From assembly GCA_964202905.1 (NCBI GenBank), contig CAXNJO010000009.1, positions 32,001-96,000 of the forward strand: 64,000 bases of DNA, read 5' to 3'. Positions 28,382 through 42,243 of the stretch are shown one piece after another. A program made the position numbers and the translations under genes. This DNA comes from Polyangiales bacterium (GTDB taxonomy: Bacteria; Myxococcota_A; Polyangia; Polyangiales; JADJQN01). Every line of letters begins with the position of its first letter. The stretch's first letter is position 1. The notes under the pieces were generated by a model that was given only the letters and a program-made list of their open reading frames with translations, did not search any database and had not been told where the DNA came from.

Positions 28382-29172
28382 TGCGCGCGCTCACCGTTGC
28401 GTTGTGGTTCGCGCTCGCCCTCGGCGGTTGTGACGCCGCCATCGCCGGCGGCCTCGACGAGGCGCAGGCCAACGAGATCGTCGTCGCCCTCGACGGGCAG
28501 GGGATCTCGGCGCTGAAGGCGCGCGAAGAGGGCGCGTCGGAGACGCCGACCTTCCGCGTCGACGTCTCGCGCGAGGAGACGGCCCGCGCGCTCACGGCGC
28601 TGCGCACGGCCGAACTGCCACGGGCGCGGGAGCGCGGGATCGAGGAAGTGTTCGGCGCCGGGGGCCTCGTCCCGACGGCGACAGAGGAGCGCGCGCGCTT
28701 CACCGCGGCGCTCTCCGGCGAGCTCGTGCGGACGCTCGAGTCGATCGACGGCGTCCTCGACGCGCGCGTGCATCTCGCGCTCCCCGAGCGCCGCGATCTC
28801 CCGCTCGACGCGCCCCCGGCCCGGCCGCGGGCCTCGGTGCTGATCAAGTACCGCCGCGGGCCGACGCGGCCCTGGGACGACGCCTCGGTGCGCGCGCTCG
28901 TCGCCGGCGCGGTCGATGGCCTCGACGCCGCCGACGTGACGGTCGTCGGTGTGCCTGCGCCCGCGCCTCCGACGGGCGCGCAGGCAGCGCTCGTACGCTT
29001 CGGGCCGATCGCGGTGACTCGTGGCTCGGCCGGCGCGCTGAAGGCGCTCCTCGCCGCTTCGCTCCTGCTGAACGTGGCCGTGACCCTCGGCGCTGCGCTG
29101 TTGTCACGCCGCCGCGCGCGCGCGGCCGCAGCCCCCGACGACGCGGAGGCCACGCCGGTCGCCCCGCGCTGA
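28381..29172 (+). CDS. sctJ: SctJ/YscJ/PrgK-family inner-membrane ring lipoprotein with no partner genes in the window
   Basis: Lipobox LGG-C; GLDEAQANEIVVAL; LVPTATEERARF...ELVRTLESIDGVLDARVHLALP; ASVLIKY; C-terminal TM and basic tail. The ATG overlaps the upstream TGA. Confidence 0.88.
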   Translation: MRALTVALWFALALGGCDAAIAGGLDEAQANEIVVALDGQGISALKAREEGASETPTFRVDVSREETARALTALRTAELPRARERGIEEVFGAGGLVPTATEERARFTAALSGELVRTLESIDGVLDARVHLALPERRDLPLDAPPARPRASVLIKYRRGPTRPWDDASVRALVAGAVDGLDAADVTVVGVPAPAPPTGAQAALVRFGPIAVTRGSAGALKALLAASLLLNVAVTLGAALLSRRRARAAAAPDDAEATPVAPR

Positions 29173-29228
29173 AGACGGCGCTATCGTCGCGCCCGCACGG
29201 CGCACCATGCGCCCCACCGGGAGTTCCC

Positions 29229-30170
29229 ATGCGCGTCCTGATCACCGGCGGCGCCGGCTTCATCGGCAGCCACATCGCAGAGCACGCCCTCGCCCGAGGG
29301 CACGAGGTCCTCGTCGTCGACGACCTCTCGAGCGGTCGCCGCGAGAACGTGCCCCACGGCGCCACGCTCGAGGTGCTCGACGTCCGCCGCGTCGACGACG
29401 TGCGCGCCGTCTTCGAGCGCTTCCGCCCGGAGGCCGTGACCCATCAGGCCGCGCAGGCCTCGGTCGCGGTGAGCATGCGCGAGCCGGTGCGCGACGCCGA
29501 CGTGAACGTGCTCGGCGGGCTCTCGGTGCTCGAGGCCTGCCGCGCGGTCGGCACGGCGCGCTTCATCTTCGCGAGCACCGGGGGCGCGATCTACGGCGAG
29601 GTCCCCGAGGGCGCGCGCGCGACGGAAGCGACAACGCCCGGGCCACTCAGCCCGTACGGCGCCGCGAAGCTCGCCCTCGAAGGCTACCTGCCGACGTGGG
29701 CGCACCACTTCGGGCTCGCGCCGACGGTGCTCCGCTACGCGAACGTCTACGGCCCGCGTCAGGATCCGCACGGCGAGGCGGGCGTCGTCGCGATCTTCGC
29801 CGAGCGCGCGCTCCGCGACGAGCCGCTCCGTGTGAACGCGCGGCAAGCCCGCGGCGACGACGGCTGCGTCCGCGACTACGTCTACGTGCGCGACGTCGCG
29901 CGGGCCAACGTCGCCGCGCTCGAGGGAACGCTGGGCGAGCGACTGCTGAACGTGGGCAGCGGCGCGGCGACGACGACGGGCGCCCTCGCCCGCGCCGTGT
30001 GCGCGGCGACCGGCTCGCGCTCAGAGCACGTCCCGAGCGACGTGCGGGCTGGCGACCTCGCGCGGTCCGTGCTCGACCCCTCCCGCTACGAGCGGGCGCT
30101 CGGCCCGACAACCCCCCTCGAGGCGGGGCTCGCCGAGACGCTCGCGTGGTTCCGCGCGCGCTCGCGCTGA
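29229..30170 (+). CDS. NAD-dependent epimerase/dehydratase (GalE-like extended SDR)
   Basis: ITGGAGFIGSH, YGAAK (YxxxK), RYANVYGPRQ, RDYVYV. Confidence 0.92.
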   Translation: MRVLITGGAGFIGSHIAEHALARGHEVLVVDDLSSGRRENVPHGATLEVLDVRRVDDVRAVFERFRPEAVTHQAAQASVAVSMREPVRDADVNVLGGLSVLEACRAVGTARFIFASTGGAIYGEVPEGARATEATTPGPLSPYGAAKLALEGYLPTWAHHFGLAPTVLRYANVYGPRQDPHGEAGVVAIFAERALRDEPLRVNARQARGDDGCVRDYVYVRDVARANVAALEGTLGERLLNVGSGAATTTGALARAVCAATGSRSEHVPSDVRAGDLARSVLDPSRYERALGPTTPLEAGLAETLAWFRARSR

Positions 30171-30240
30171 CGCCTGCGGGAGGCTCGACCCGGTGGCGGC
30201 AACATCACGAAAAGCCCCGGGAAACGGCCCTCCACACGCG

Positions 30241-30270
30241 TTGACATCGCGCGCCGCGTGCTGCTAGCGT
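30241..30270 (+). promoter_or_regulatory. Sigma70 promoter with consensus -35 and extended -10
   Basis: TTGACA-N18-TAGCGT with TG at the extended -10 position. Confidence 0.65.
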
Positions 30271-30319
30271 GCATGCGGCGCGTCGCGCAATGGCCCCTCG
30301 CAACGCTCAGGCCAAGCTC

Positions 30320-30389
30320 CCACGCAGCACGCTTTCCACGCAGCACGCTTTCCACGCAGCACACTTTCCACGCAGCACACTTTCCACGC
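30320..30389. repeat. 16-bp tandem repeat, about 4.4 copies
   Basis: CCACGCAGCACGCTTT x2, CCACGCAGCACACTTT x2, then CCACGC; lies between the promoter and the SD of the 30436 gene. Confidence 0.95.
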
Positions 30390-30435
30390 CCCCCGTCCAC
30401 CACGGCCGGGGTTCGACGCAGGGAGTAACGACGAG

Positions 30436-31233
30436 ATGTCCGAGCAGAAGGAAAGCTCCGTTCTCTTCAACCTCAAGGAGTTGATGGGCCTCGAAGAGGA
30501 CCGCATCAAGACCGAGGACGACGACCGCCGCCGCCGCGAGGAAGACGCGCAGCGGAAGATCGAGGAAGAAGCGCGGCGCAAGCGCGAAGCCGAGGAAGCG
30601 GCGATCCGCGCAGCGGAAGAGACCCGGCTCGCGGAAGAGCGTCGCGTGCGCGAAGACGCCGAGCGCAAGCAGCGTGAGAAGGAAGAGAGCGAGCTCCGCG
30701 TCCGCCTCGAGGCCGACCAGCGCGCCCGCCAGGCCGAGCAGGAGCGTCTCCTCACGCACGAGCGCGAGATGCAGACGATCGCCGCGCAGAAGAAGAAGGG
30801 CGGCGTGCACCCCGCGATTCTTGCGGTCGCCGCCTTGCTCTTCATCGGTGTCGGCGCCGGCGTCTACTTCGGCGTCGTCAAGCCTTCGCAGGAGGCCGCC
30901 AAGGAGCAGACGGAGGCCGCTCAGCGCCTCGCCGAAGAGCAGGTGACGCAACGTCGGCGCGCGGAGGAAGAAGCCCAGCGGCAGGCAGGCCTCCTCGAGT
31001 CCGAGCGGCGACGCGCCGCCGACGCAGCACGGCTGCGCGAAGAAGAGATCGCCGCGCAGCGCGCGCAGGCGGAAGCGGCCGAGGGGGCCGCACGCCCCGC
31101 GGGCGGCGCCGTTCGTCGCCCCGCAGGCGGCGGCGGTGGAGGCGGCGGTGGAGGCGGTCGGCGGCCGGCAGACGGCGGTGGCGGCGGCGGCGGGAACTCC
31201 GACGATCCGCTGGGCGGACTGGACGACCTCTGA
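30436..31233 (+). CDS. Bitopic membrane protein with long E/R/K helices on both sides of the TM
   Basis: GGGAG SD; N-terminal [12 protein letters not shown] motif; ~95-aa E/R/K-rich helix; [23 protein letters not shown]; second helix; Gly linker; [10 protein letters not shown] end. Confidence 0.8.
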   Translation: MSEQKESSVLFNLKELMGLEEDRIKTEDDDRRRREEDAQRKIEEEARRKREAEEAAIRAAEETRLAEERRVREDAERKQREKEESELRVRLEADQRARQAEQERLLTHEREMQTIAAQKKKGGVHPAILAVAALLFIGVGAGVYFGVVKPSQEAAKEQTEAAQRLAEEQVTQRRRAEEEAQRQAGLLESERRRAADAARLREEEIAAQRAQAEAAEGAARPAGGAVRRPAGGGGGGGGGGGRRPADGGGGGGGNSDDPLGGLDDL

Positions 31234-31250
31234 GCGCGATCCGCTTGGGG

Positions 31251-31967
31251 ATGGATGCGCGCGAGCGGCTCATCCATCCCCTCGATGTCGCGAGCCTCGA
31301 GGAGGCGCGCGCGCAGGTCGCGTTGCTGGCGGGTGAGGTCGGCGTCTTCAAGGTCGGGCTCGAGCTGTTCACGGCGGCCGGTCCGGCCGCCGTTCAACTC
31401 GTGCACGACGCCGGTGCGCGCTGTTTCCTCGACCTGAAGTTGCACGACATCGGCGAAACCGTCGCGCGGAGCGTGGCCGCGGCGGTGTCGCTGCGCGTCG
31501 CCTTCCTGACGGTGCACGCCGCCAACGGCGGGCGTGCGCTGGCCCGCGCAGCGGCCGCGGCCGCTGGGAGCGAGACGACGCTGCTCGCGGTCACCGTGCT
31601 CACGAGCCTCGACGATGCGGACCTCGCCGAGATCGGCGTCGCGGGCCCGACGGGCGCCGCGGTCGAGCGACTCGCCCGGGTCGCGGTCGAGGCGGGCGTG
31701 CCCGGCCTCGTGTGCTCACCCCAGGAGTGCGCTGCGCTCCGCGCAGCATTCGGACCCGCGGGGACGGGCCCCGTGCTCGTCGTACCCGGCGTGCGACCCG
31801 CAGGCGCGGCCACGAACGACCAGCGACGCGTCGCGACGCCCGCTGAAGCGATCCGCGCCGGAGCCGACCATCTGGTCGTCGGGCGCCCCATCCGCGACGC
31901 CGCAGACCCCCGCGCCGCGGCCCGCGCCGTCGTCGCCGCGATTTCGGAAGCGCTCGGTCCCGCGTGA
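31251..31967 (+). CDS. pyrF: Orotidine-5'-phosphate decarboxylase
   Basis: [44 protein letters not shown]. Confidence 0.96.
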   Translation: MDARERLIHPLDVASLEEARAQVALLAGEVGVFKVGLELFTAAGPAAVQLVHDAGARCFLDLKLHDIGETVARSVAAAVSLRVAFLTVHAANGGRALARAAAAAAGSETTLLAVTVLTSLDDADLAEIGVAGPTGAAVERLARVAVEAGVPGLVCSPQECAALRAAFGPAGTGPVLVVPGVRPAGAATNDQRRVATPAEAIRAGADHLVVGRPIRDAADPRAAARAVVAAISEALGPA

Positions 31968-32701
31968 AGCGTCTCCTCGTCGGCCGTCATTCGGTGCTCG
32001 AGGCCCTGCGCGCGAGCCCGCAGAGCATCGCCGTCGTCTACCTCGACCCGGACGACAAGGCCGCGATGCGCGAGCTCGGCGAGGAGTCGCGGCGGCGCGA
32101 CGTGCGCCTCGAAGAGCGCTCGCCCGCGGAGCTCGACGCGCTCGCGGGTGGGCTGCGCCACCAGGGCGTCATCGCCATCACGGGCGAGTACTCCTACCTC
32201 GACCTCGACACGCTGCTCCGTCGGCTCCCTGCCGAGCGCCCGCTGCTCGTCGCGCTCGACGAGATCACGGACCCCCACAATTTCGGCGCGATCGTGCGGA
32301 GCGCGGTCGCGTTCGGCGCCGACGGCCTGCTCACGCTGAAGCACCGCGCCGCGCCCGTCACCCCCGTCGTCGTGCGGGCCTCCGCCGGCGCGACGGAGCA
32401 CGCGGCCATCGCGCGCGTGACGAACCTCGCGCAGAGCCTCGACCTGCTCGCCGAGCGCGGGATGGACGTCGTCGGCCTCGACATGGGCGGAGACCTCGAG
32501 ATCGATGCGATCGAGGTGGGGCCCGGTGGGCTCGTGCTCGTGGTCGGCAGCGAGGGGAACGGCCTGCGCCGCCTGACGCGCGCGCGCTGCACGCACATCG
32601 CGAGCATCCCGATGTACGGACCGATCGCCTCGCTCAACGCGAGCGTCGCAGCGGGCATCGCGATCCACCACGCGAGCCGCGCCCGCCTGCGCGCGCCGTG
32701 A
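31964..32701 (+). CDS. rlmB: 23S rRNA 2'-O-methyltransferase RlmB (TrmH/SpoU family)
   Basis: [45 protein letters not shown]. Confidence 0.9.
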   Translation: MKRLLVGRHSVLEALRASPQSIAVVYLDPDDKAAMRELGEESRRRDVRLEERSPAELDALAGGLRHQGVIAITGEYSYLDLDTLLRRLPAERPLLVALDEITDPHNFGAIVRSAVAFGADGLLTLKHRAAPVTPVVVRASAGATEHAAIARVTNLAQSLDLLAERGMDVVGLDMGGDLEIDAIEVGPGGLVLVVGSEGNGLRRLTRARCTHIASIPMYGPIASLNASVAAGIAIHHASRARLRAP

Positions 32702-32719
32702 TCGCGCCCGCCTGCGCGG

Positions 32720-33724
32720 TCAGTGAGGTTGCGCGTCGAGGACGAACGCGACCACGGCGTCGAGCTGGGACGGGTCGTCGGCGAACATCGCGACGCCGTG
32801 CGAAACACCCGGCACGAGGCGCAGCGTCGAGCGGGTGACGATGCGGTCGAGCACCTCGCCCGTCTCCTGCGACATCGCCTCGTCCGTCGCGCGCAGGACG
32901 AGCAGTTCACGCTCGCCGAGGCGCGAGGCCGGCACAATCGCGTCGAAGCCCCGGTAGGCGCGGCCGGGCGAGAGCACCACCACCCGCACGGCGCGCGGGT
33001 CCTCGGCGGCGGCGGCGAGGCAGGCCGTCCCGCCGATGCTCGAGCCGATCAGCACGATTGAGCGCGCGTCGGGACCCTGGAGACCCGCGAGCCCTTCGAG
33101 CCCCGCGAGGTGGTCGATCGCCGCGCGCACGTCCTTCGCGGTCGCGCGCCAGTCCTCGTCGCGGAACGCGCCGTACACGAGCGTGCGCGGCCGCGGTCCG
33201 GCGATCGCGGTGCTCGCGCCGTGCCCGCGCAGGTCGATCGCGAGCGTCGTCAGGCCCTCGGCGGCGAGCCGCGCGACGAGCGGCTCCCACTCGGCGCGCG
33301 TGCTGCCGAGCTGGTGCACGAGCACGACCGGGACCGTGCCCGGGCGGCCGCGTCGCAACGTCGCGGAGATCGAGACGCCGTCCGAGGTCGGGAAGACGAC
33401 GACCTCCGGTGCACCGGAGGGCTCCGCCGGCGAACTCGGCGGCGGCGCGGTCTCTGCGGCGGTGCGCGTGCGATCGGCCGGTGTCGTGACGCGCTCCCGA
33501 GGCGACACGGACGCCGCCGGCGACGTGCGGGCGGGCCCCGGCGCGCCGCGTTCGGGCTGCTCGCGACGGCAGCCGCCCACGAGGACGGCGACGAGCGCGA
33601 CGCCCGCGAGCGCTCCGACGACACGGCGCGATCCCAAGGGCGCGACGCGCCCGGATGAGGCCTGCAGACGAGGGGCGAGGCGCGGCGTGGAGCGCGAGGT
33701 ACGCGCGGGTCGGGGCGGTCGCAT
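32720..33724 (-). CDS. Alpha/beta-hydrolase lipoprotein
   Basis: VALVAVLVGG-C lipobox; AIDLRGHGAS; GSSIGG nucleophile elbow; C-terminal HG. TATGCT -10 box 9 nt before the ATG at 33724. Confidence 0.8.
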   Translation of the reverse strand: MRPPRPARTSRSTPRLAPRLQASSGRVAPLGSRRVVGALAGVALVAVLVGGCRREQPERGAPGPARTSPAASVSPRERVTTPADRTRTAAETAPPPSSPAEPSGAPEVVVFPTSDGVSISATLRRGRPGTVPVVLVHQLGSTRAEWEPLVARLAAEGLTTLAIDLRGHGASTAIAGPRPRTLVYGAFRDEDWRATAKDVRAAIDHLAGLEGLAGLQGPDARSIVLIGSSIGGTACLAAAAEDPRAVRVVVLSPGRAYRGFDAIVPASRLGERELLVLRATDEAMSQETGEVLDRIVTRSTLRLVPGVSHGVAMFADDPSQLDAVVAFVLDAQPH

Positions 33725-33769
33725 GCGCCCGCGAGCATAGCGCAGCCGGGGCTCGTGTAAGCTGGGCCG

Positions 33770-34501
33770 ATGCCGAGGACCGCCGCCGTGCTCGTGATCG
33801 GGAACGAGATCCTGACGGGCAAGATTCAGGACCAGAACGTCGCGTTCGTCGCGCAGGAGCTGTTCGCGCTCGGCGTGTCGCTGCGGCGGGTCATCGTGTG
33901 CCCGGACGAGGTCGAGGTCATCGCGAGCGACCTCAACGCGCTGCGCCACGCGCACGACTTCGTGTTCACGACCGGCGGCGTCGGCCCGACGCACGACGAC
34001 GTGACGATCGCCGGCGTCGCGGCGGCCTTCGGGCGCGCGGTCGTCCGCGATCCGCGCATGGAGACGATGTTGCGCGCGCACTACAAGGACCGCCTCGGTG
34101 AAGGGCACCTGCGCATGGCCGACGTGCCCGAGGGGGCCGCGCTGCTCAGCACGCCCGAGGTGCCGTGGCCGACGGTGAACCTCGAGAACGTCTTCATCTT
34201 CCCGGGCGTGCCGGAGCTCGTGCGGCTGAAGTTCCCGCAGCTGCGCGAGCGACTGCGCGAGGGGGCGGGCTTCGTGAGCCGCGCCGTCTACACGACGAGC
34301 GACGAAGGCGACATCGCAGCGCTGCTCGATGCGGTGGTGGCCGCGTTCCCGGAGGTGTCCATCGGCAGCTACCCGCAGTGGCGCGAGCCGTCGTACCGCA
34401 CGAAGCTCACCGTCGACGGCCGCGATCCGGAGCGCGTCGAGGCCGCGATCGTGCGGCTGCGCGAGGGCCTCGGCGAGGCGCGCCTCGTCACGCCTCCGTG
34501 A
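33770..34501 (+). CDS. CinA N-terminal-like / molybdopterin-binding domain protein
   Basis: VIGNEILTGKIQDQN, TTGGVGPTHDDVT, FPGVP, IGSYP. Confidence 0.88.
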   Translation: MPRTAAVLVIGNEILTGKIQDQNVAFVAQELFALGVSLRRVIVCPDEVEVIASDLNALRHAHDFVFTTGGVGPTHDDVTIAGVAAAFGRAVVRDPRMETMLRAHYKDRLGEGHLRMADVPEGAALLSTPEVPWPTVNLENVFIFPGVPELVRLKFPQLRERLREGAGFVSRAVYTTSDEGDIAALLDAVVAAFPEVSIGSYPQWREPSYRTKLTVDGRDPERVEAAIVRLREGLGEARLVTPP

Positions 34502-34616
34502 AGGAACGCGATCACGCAAGACGCCCGCGGCGGACGACACACGACGTCCAATTCAGGATATCGGTTGCACGAATCGGGATTCGCGATCTGAAGATCGCCT
34601 GACGCGCGACGCGCGG

Positions 34617-34943
34617 TCAGGGAGGAACGGCGCGCAGGCCGACGCGCACCGTCGTGATTCCCGGGCGCAGCGTGACGGTCACGTCGTGGGGGAAGTAGCC
34701 GTCCGCCTGCACCGTGACGTGCCGCGCGCCCGGCGCGAAGGCCAAGGGGCGCAGCGCGAGCAGACGTGCGCTGCCGGCGAAGCGGTCGTCGACGTAGACC
34801 GTGGCGGTCTCCGGGACGGCGACGACGCGCAGCCGCGCGGGCTCCGGGCGCACCGGCAGCGGCGTGCAGGCGGCGACGCCGAGCGCCGCGAACAACGCAG
34901 AAACGGCGTGCGCCCGGCGCACGGCGCGGAGCGTGCCGCGCAT
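34617..34943 (-). CDS. PEGA-domain lipoprotein
   Basis: LGVAA-C lipobox; PETATVYVDDRFAG...PGARHVTVQADGYFP; the ATG overlaps the guaA stop. Confidence 0.75.
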   Translation of the reverse strand: MRGTLRAVRRAHAVSALFAALGVAACTPLPVRPEPARLRVVAVPETATVYVDDRFAGSARLLALRPLAFAPGARHVTVQADGYFPHDVTVTLRPGITTVRVGLRAVPP

Positions 34944-36490
34944 CACTCCCACTCGATCGTCGCGGGCGGCTTCGAGGAGATGTCGTAGACGACGCGGTTG
35001 CAGCCCCGCACCTCGTTGATGATGCGCGCGCTCACCTTGCCGAGCAGCTCGTAGGGCAACTTCGCCCAGTCGGCCGTCATCCCATCGCGCGACTGCACCG
35101 CGCGGATCGCGACGACGGAGTCGTACGTGCGCTCGTCGCCCATCACACCCACGGTGCGCACCGGCAGGATCACGCAGAAGCTCTGCCAGACGCTCTCGTA
35201 GAGGCCCGCCGCGCGGATCTCCGCGTCGAGGATCGCCTCGGCCTCACGGAGGATGCGGAGGCGCTCCTCGGTCACCTCGCCGATGCAGCGGATCGCGAGA
35301 CCGGGCCCGGGAAACGGCTGCCGCCAGAGGACATGGTGCGGCATGCCGAGCGCGGCGCCGACCTCGCGGACCTCGTCCTTGAAGAGCTCGCGCAGCGGCT
35401 CGACGAGCTTGAGCTTCATGTGCGCGGGCAGTCCGCCGACGTTGTGGTGGCTCTTGATGACGGCGCTCGGCCCCTTGAACGACACGCTCTCGATCACGTC
35501 GGGGTAGAGCGTGCCCTGCACGAGGTGCTTCACGTCGGTCAGCTTCTTCGCCTCGTCGTCGAAGACCTCGATGAAGACGCGCCCGATGATCTTGCGCTTC
35601 TGCTCGGGGTCGGTGACCCCTGCGAGGGCGTCGAGGAAGCGCGCCGCGGCGTCGACGTGCACGAGGTTCAAGTGGAAGTGGTCGCGGAACATGCGGACCA
35701 CCTCGCCGGCCTCGTCCTTCCGCAGCACACCGTTGTCGACGAAGATGCAGGTGAGGCGCTCGCCGATCGCCTTCGACACGAGCATCGCGGCGACCGAGGA
35801 GTCGACGCCGCCCGAGAGCCCGCAGACGGCCGACGCGTCGCCGACCTGCTCGCGGATGCGCGCGACCGCCTCGTCGACGAAGGAGCCCGGCGTCCAGCTC
35901 GGCGCGCAGCCCGCGACGCCGAAAAGGAAGGACGCGAGCATCTCGGCGCCGCGCGGCGTGTGCACGACCTCGGGGTGGAACTGCACGCCGTAGATGCGCC
36001 GCGCGTCGTCGCCCATCGCGGCGAACGGCGTGCTCTCGGTGGTGGCGAGCACCTCGAAGCCGGGCGGGATCGCCTCGACGCGGTCGCCGTGGCTCATCCA
36101 CACGTCGACGTCGTCGCCCGCCGAGAACGCGCCGAGCAGGCCTGCGCCCTGCGCGACGCGGATGCTTGCTGCGCCGTACTCGCGGTGCTCGGCGCGCGCG
36201 ACGTGGCCGCCGAGCAGGTGACACGTGAGCTGCATCCCGTAGCAGATGCCGAGCATTGGCACGCCGAGCGCGAAGAGCGCGGGGTCGACCGTCGGTGCGC
36301 CCTCCCCGTACACGCTCGCGGGGCCGCCCGAGAGCACGATCGCGCGCGGCGCGAGCGCGCGGATCTGCGCGAGCGGGAGCGTGCACGGGTGGATCTCGCA
36401 GTAGACGTGCTGCTCGCGGATGCGTCGCGCGATCAGCTGCGTGTACTGCGAGCCGAAGTCGAGGATGAGGACGAGCTGGCGGGTCGTCAT
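34943..36490 (-). CDS. guaA: GMP synthase (glutamine-hydrolysing)
   Basis: [51 protein letters not shown]. Confidence 0.98.
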   Translation of the reverse strand: MTTRQLVLILDFGSQYTQLIARRIREQHVYCEIHPCTLPLAQIRALAPRAIVLSGGPASVYGEGAPTVDPALFALGVPMLGICYGMQLTCHLLGGHVARAEHREYGAASIRVAQGAGLLGAFSAGDDVDVWMSHGDRVEAIPPGFEVLATTESTPFAAMGDDARRIYGVQFHPEVVHTPRGAEMLASFLFGVAGCAPSWTPGSFVDEAVARIREQVGDASAVCGLSGGVDSSVAAMLVSKAIGERLTCIFVDNGVLRKDEAGEVVRMFRDHFHLNLVHVDAAARFLDALAGVTDPEQKRKIIGRVFIEVFDDEAKKLTDVKHLVQGTLYPDVIESVSFKGPSAVIKSHHNVGGLPAHMKLKLVEPLRELFKDEVREVGAALGMPHHVLWRQPFPGPGLAIRCIGEVTEERLRILREAEAILDAEIRAAGLYESVWQSFCVILPVRTVGVMGDERTYDSVVAIRAVQSRDGMTADWAKLPYELLGKVSARIINEVRGCNRVVYDISSKPPATIEWE

Positions 36491-36555
36491 GAGGCCGCGG
36501 ACCTATCACGCGCGCGCCCGCCTGGGTAGCGGGCTGAGCGCGCCGCGGCCGGACT

Positions 36556-40333
<3,778 letters not shown>

Positions 40334-40534
40334 GGGAGTTCCCGGATGAAAAGAAGGGCCCGCGGGGAGGCGGGCGGGGGCGGAGCGTGGCGACCGCTCG
40401 GGGGGCCGTCAACCCCGGGCGCTCGGACGCAGCGCGCCCGGAGACATTCACCCGCCGCGCCGGGCGCACGCGACACACGCCGTCGACGCGCCGCGTCGTC
40501 GCGGTTGCGGGGCCCGGTGCTAAGGCTGCCAGCC

Positions 40535-42243
40535 ATGACATCCCCGACGATCTCCGGCCCGCGCCCGGTGCGCGCCCCGCGCGGCACGACCCTGCGCTGC
40601 CGCGGTTGGCAGCAGGAAGCCGCGCTGCGGATGCTCATGAACAACCTCGATCCCGACGTGGCCGAGCGGCCGGACGACCTCGTCGTCTACGGCGGCACGC
40701 GGCAAGGCCGCGCGCTCGTGGGCCGCGTTCGACGCGATCGTCGGCGACGCTCGAGCAGCTCGACGACGACGAGACGCTGCTCGTGCAGTCGGGCAAGCCC
40801 GTCGGGCGCTTGCCGCACGCACGCCGACGCGCCGCGCGTGCTGCTCGCGAACTCGACTCGATCGTCCCGCACTGGGCGACGTGGCAACGAGTTCCGACGA
40901 CCTCGAGGCCAAGGGGCTGACGATGTACGGCCAGATGACGGCCGGCTCGTGGATCTACATCGGCACGCAGGGCATCTTGCAGGGCACCTACGAGACCTTC
41001 GCCGAGGCGGGGCGGCAGCACTTCTCGGCGGACGGCGTCGCCGGGCCGAAGAACTGGGCGGGGCGCTGGATCCTCTCGGCGGGGCTCGGCGGGATGGGCG
41101 GCGCGCAGCCGCTCGCGGCGACGATGGCGGGCGCGTCGTTCCTCGGCGTCGAGATCGATCCGCAGCGCGCGCAGCGGCGCCTCGAGACGCGCTACGTCGA
41201 TCGGCTCACGCACTCGCTCGACGAGGCGCTCGCGTGGATCCGCGAGGCGTGCGCAGCGCGCGCGGCCGTCTCCGTCGCGCTCGTCGGCAACGCGGCGCAG
41301 GTCTACCCGGAGCTCGTGCGGCGCGGCGTCACGCCGGACTTCGTCACCGAGCAGACGAGCGCGCACGATCCGCTGAACGGTTACGTGCCCTCCGACGTGT
41401 ACGCTCGCCGACGCGCGGGGGCTCGCGCGAGCGCGATCCAGCGCGGCTTCGAGCAGCGCGCGCGCGAGGGCATGGCGGCCGAGGTCAACGCGATGCTCGA
41501 GATGGTGCGGCGCGGCGCGTTCGCGCTGCGACTACGGCAACAACATCCGCGAAGAGGCGCGGCGCGCGGGCGTCGAGCGCGCCTTCGACATCCCGGGCTT
41601 CGTGCCGGCGTACGTCCGGCCGCTCTTCTGCGAGGGCAAGGGGCCCTTCCGCTGGGTCGCGCTCTCGGGCGATCCGGAGGACATCCGCGTCACGGACGCC
41701 GCGATCAAGGAGCTCTTCCCCGCGGACGCCGCCCTCCACCGCTGGCTCGACATGGCCGAAGAGCGCGTCGCCTTCCAGGGGTTGCCCGCGCGCATCTGCT
41801 GGCTCGGCTACGGCGACCGCGCGAGGGCGGGCCTGCGCTTCAACGAGCTGGTGCGCGACGGCAAGGTGAAGGCGCCCATCGTCATCGGCCGCGACCACCT
41901 CGACTGCGGCTCGGTCGCGAGCCCGAACCGCGAGACGGAGGGCATGATCGACGGCTCGGACGCGATCGGCGACTGGCCCGTGCTCAACGCGATGCTCAAC
42001 GTCGCGAACGGCGCCACGTGGGTGAGCATCCACCACGGCGGCGGCGTCGGCATCGGCTACTCGCTGCACGCAGGCGACGTCATCGTCGCCGACGGCACGC
42101 CCGACGCAGCGCGGCGCCTCGAGCGCGTGCTCACCGGCGACCCCGGCATGGGCGTCATCCGGCATGCGGACGCCGGCTACGAGATCGCGATCGAGACGGC
42201 GGCGAAGAAGGGCGTGCACGTGCCGCACCGGACCGCGGGATGA
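40535..42243 (+). CDS. hutU: Urocanate hydratase; many single-base frameshifts, probably assembly errors
   Basis: [82 protein letters not shown] and HHGGGVG are spread over three frames. Confidence 0.93.

Noticed and set aside
30320..30389. 16-bp repeat as a CRISPR array or parS cluster (contains TTCCACG, like half of parS GTTCCACGTGGAAC)
   Set aside because: Copies are contiguous with no unique spacers and no cas genes; the unit is not palindromic and lacks the second parS half-site.
30400..30430. GGGTTCGA motif as a tRNA T-loop
   Set aside because: No cloverleaf or acceptor stem can be formed; it lies in the leader just before an SD.
28010..31192. (GGC/GGT)n tracts at ~28010-28104 and ~31127-31192
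   Set aside because: In-frame poly-Gly linkers within proteins; common in myxobacteria.
40690..41540. Programmed frameshifting or phase variation in hutU
   Set aside because: The indels are numerous, scattered and not at slippery heptamers or long homopolymers; sequencing error is more parsimonious.
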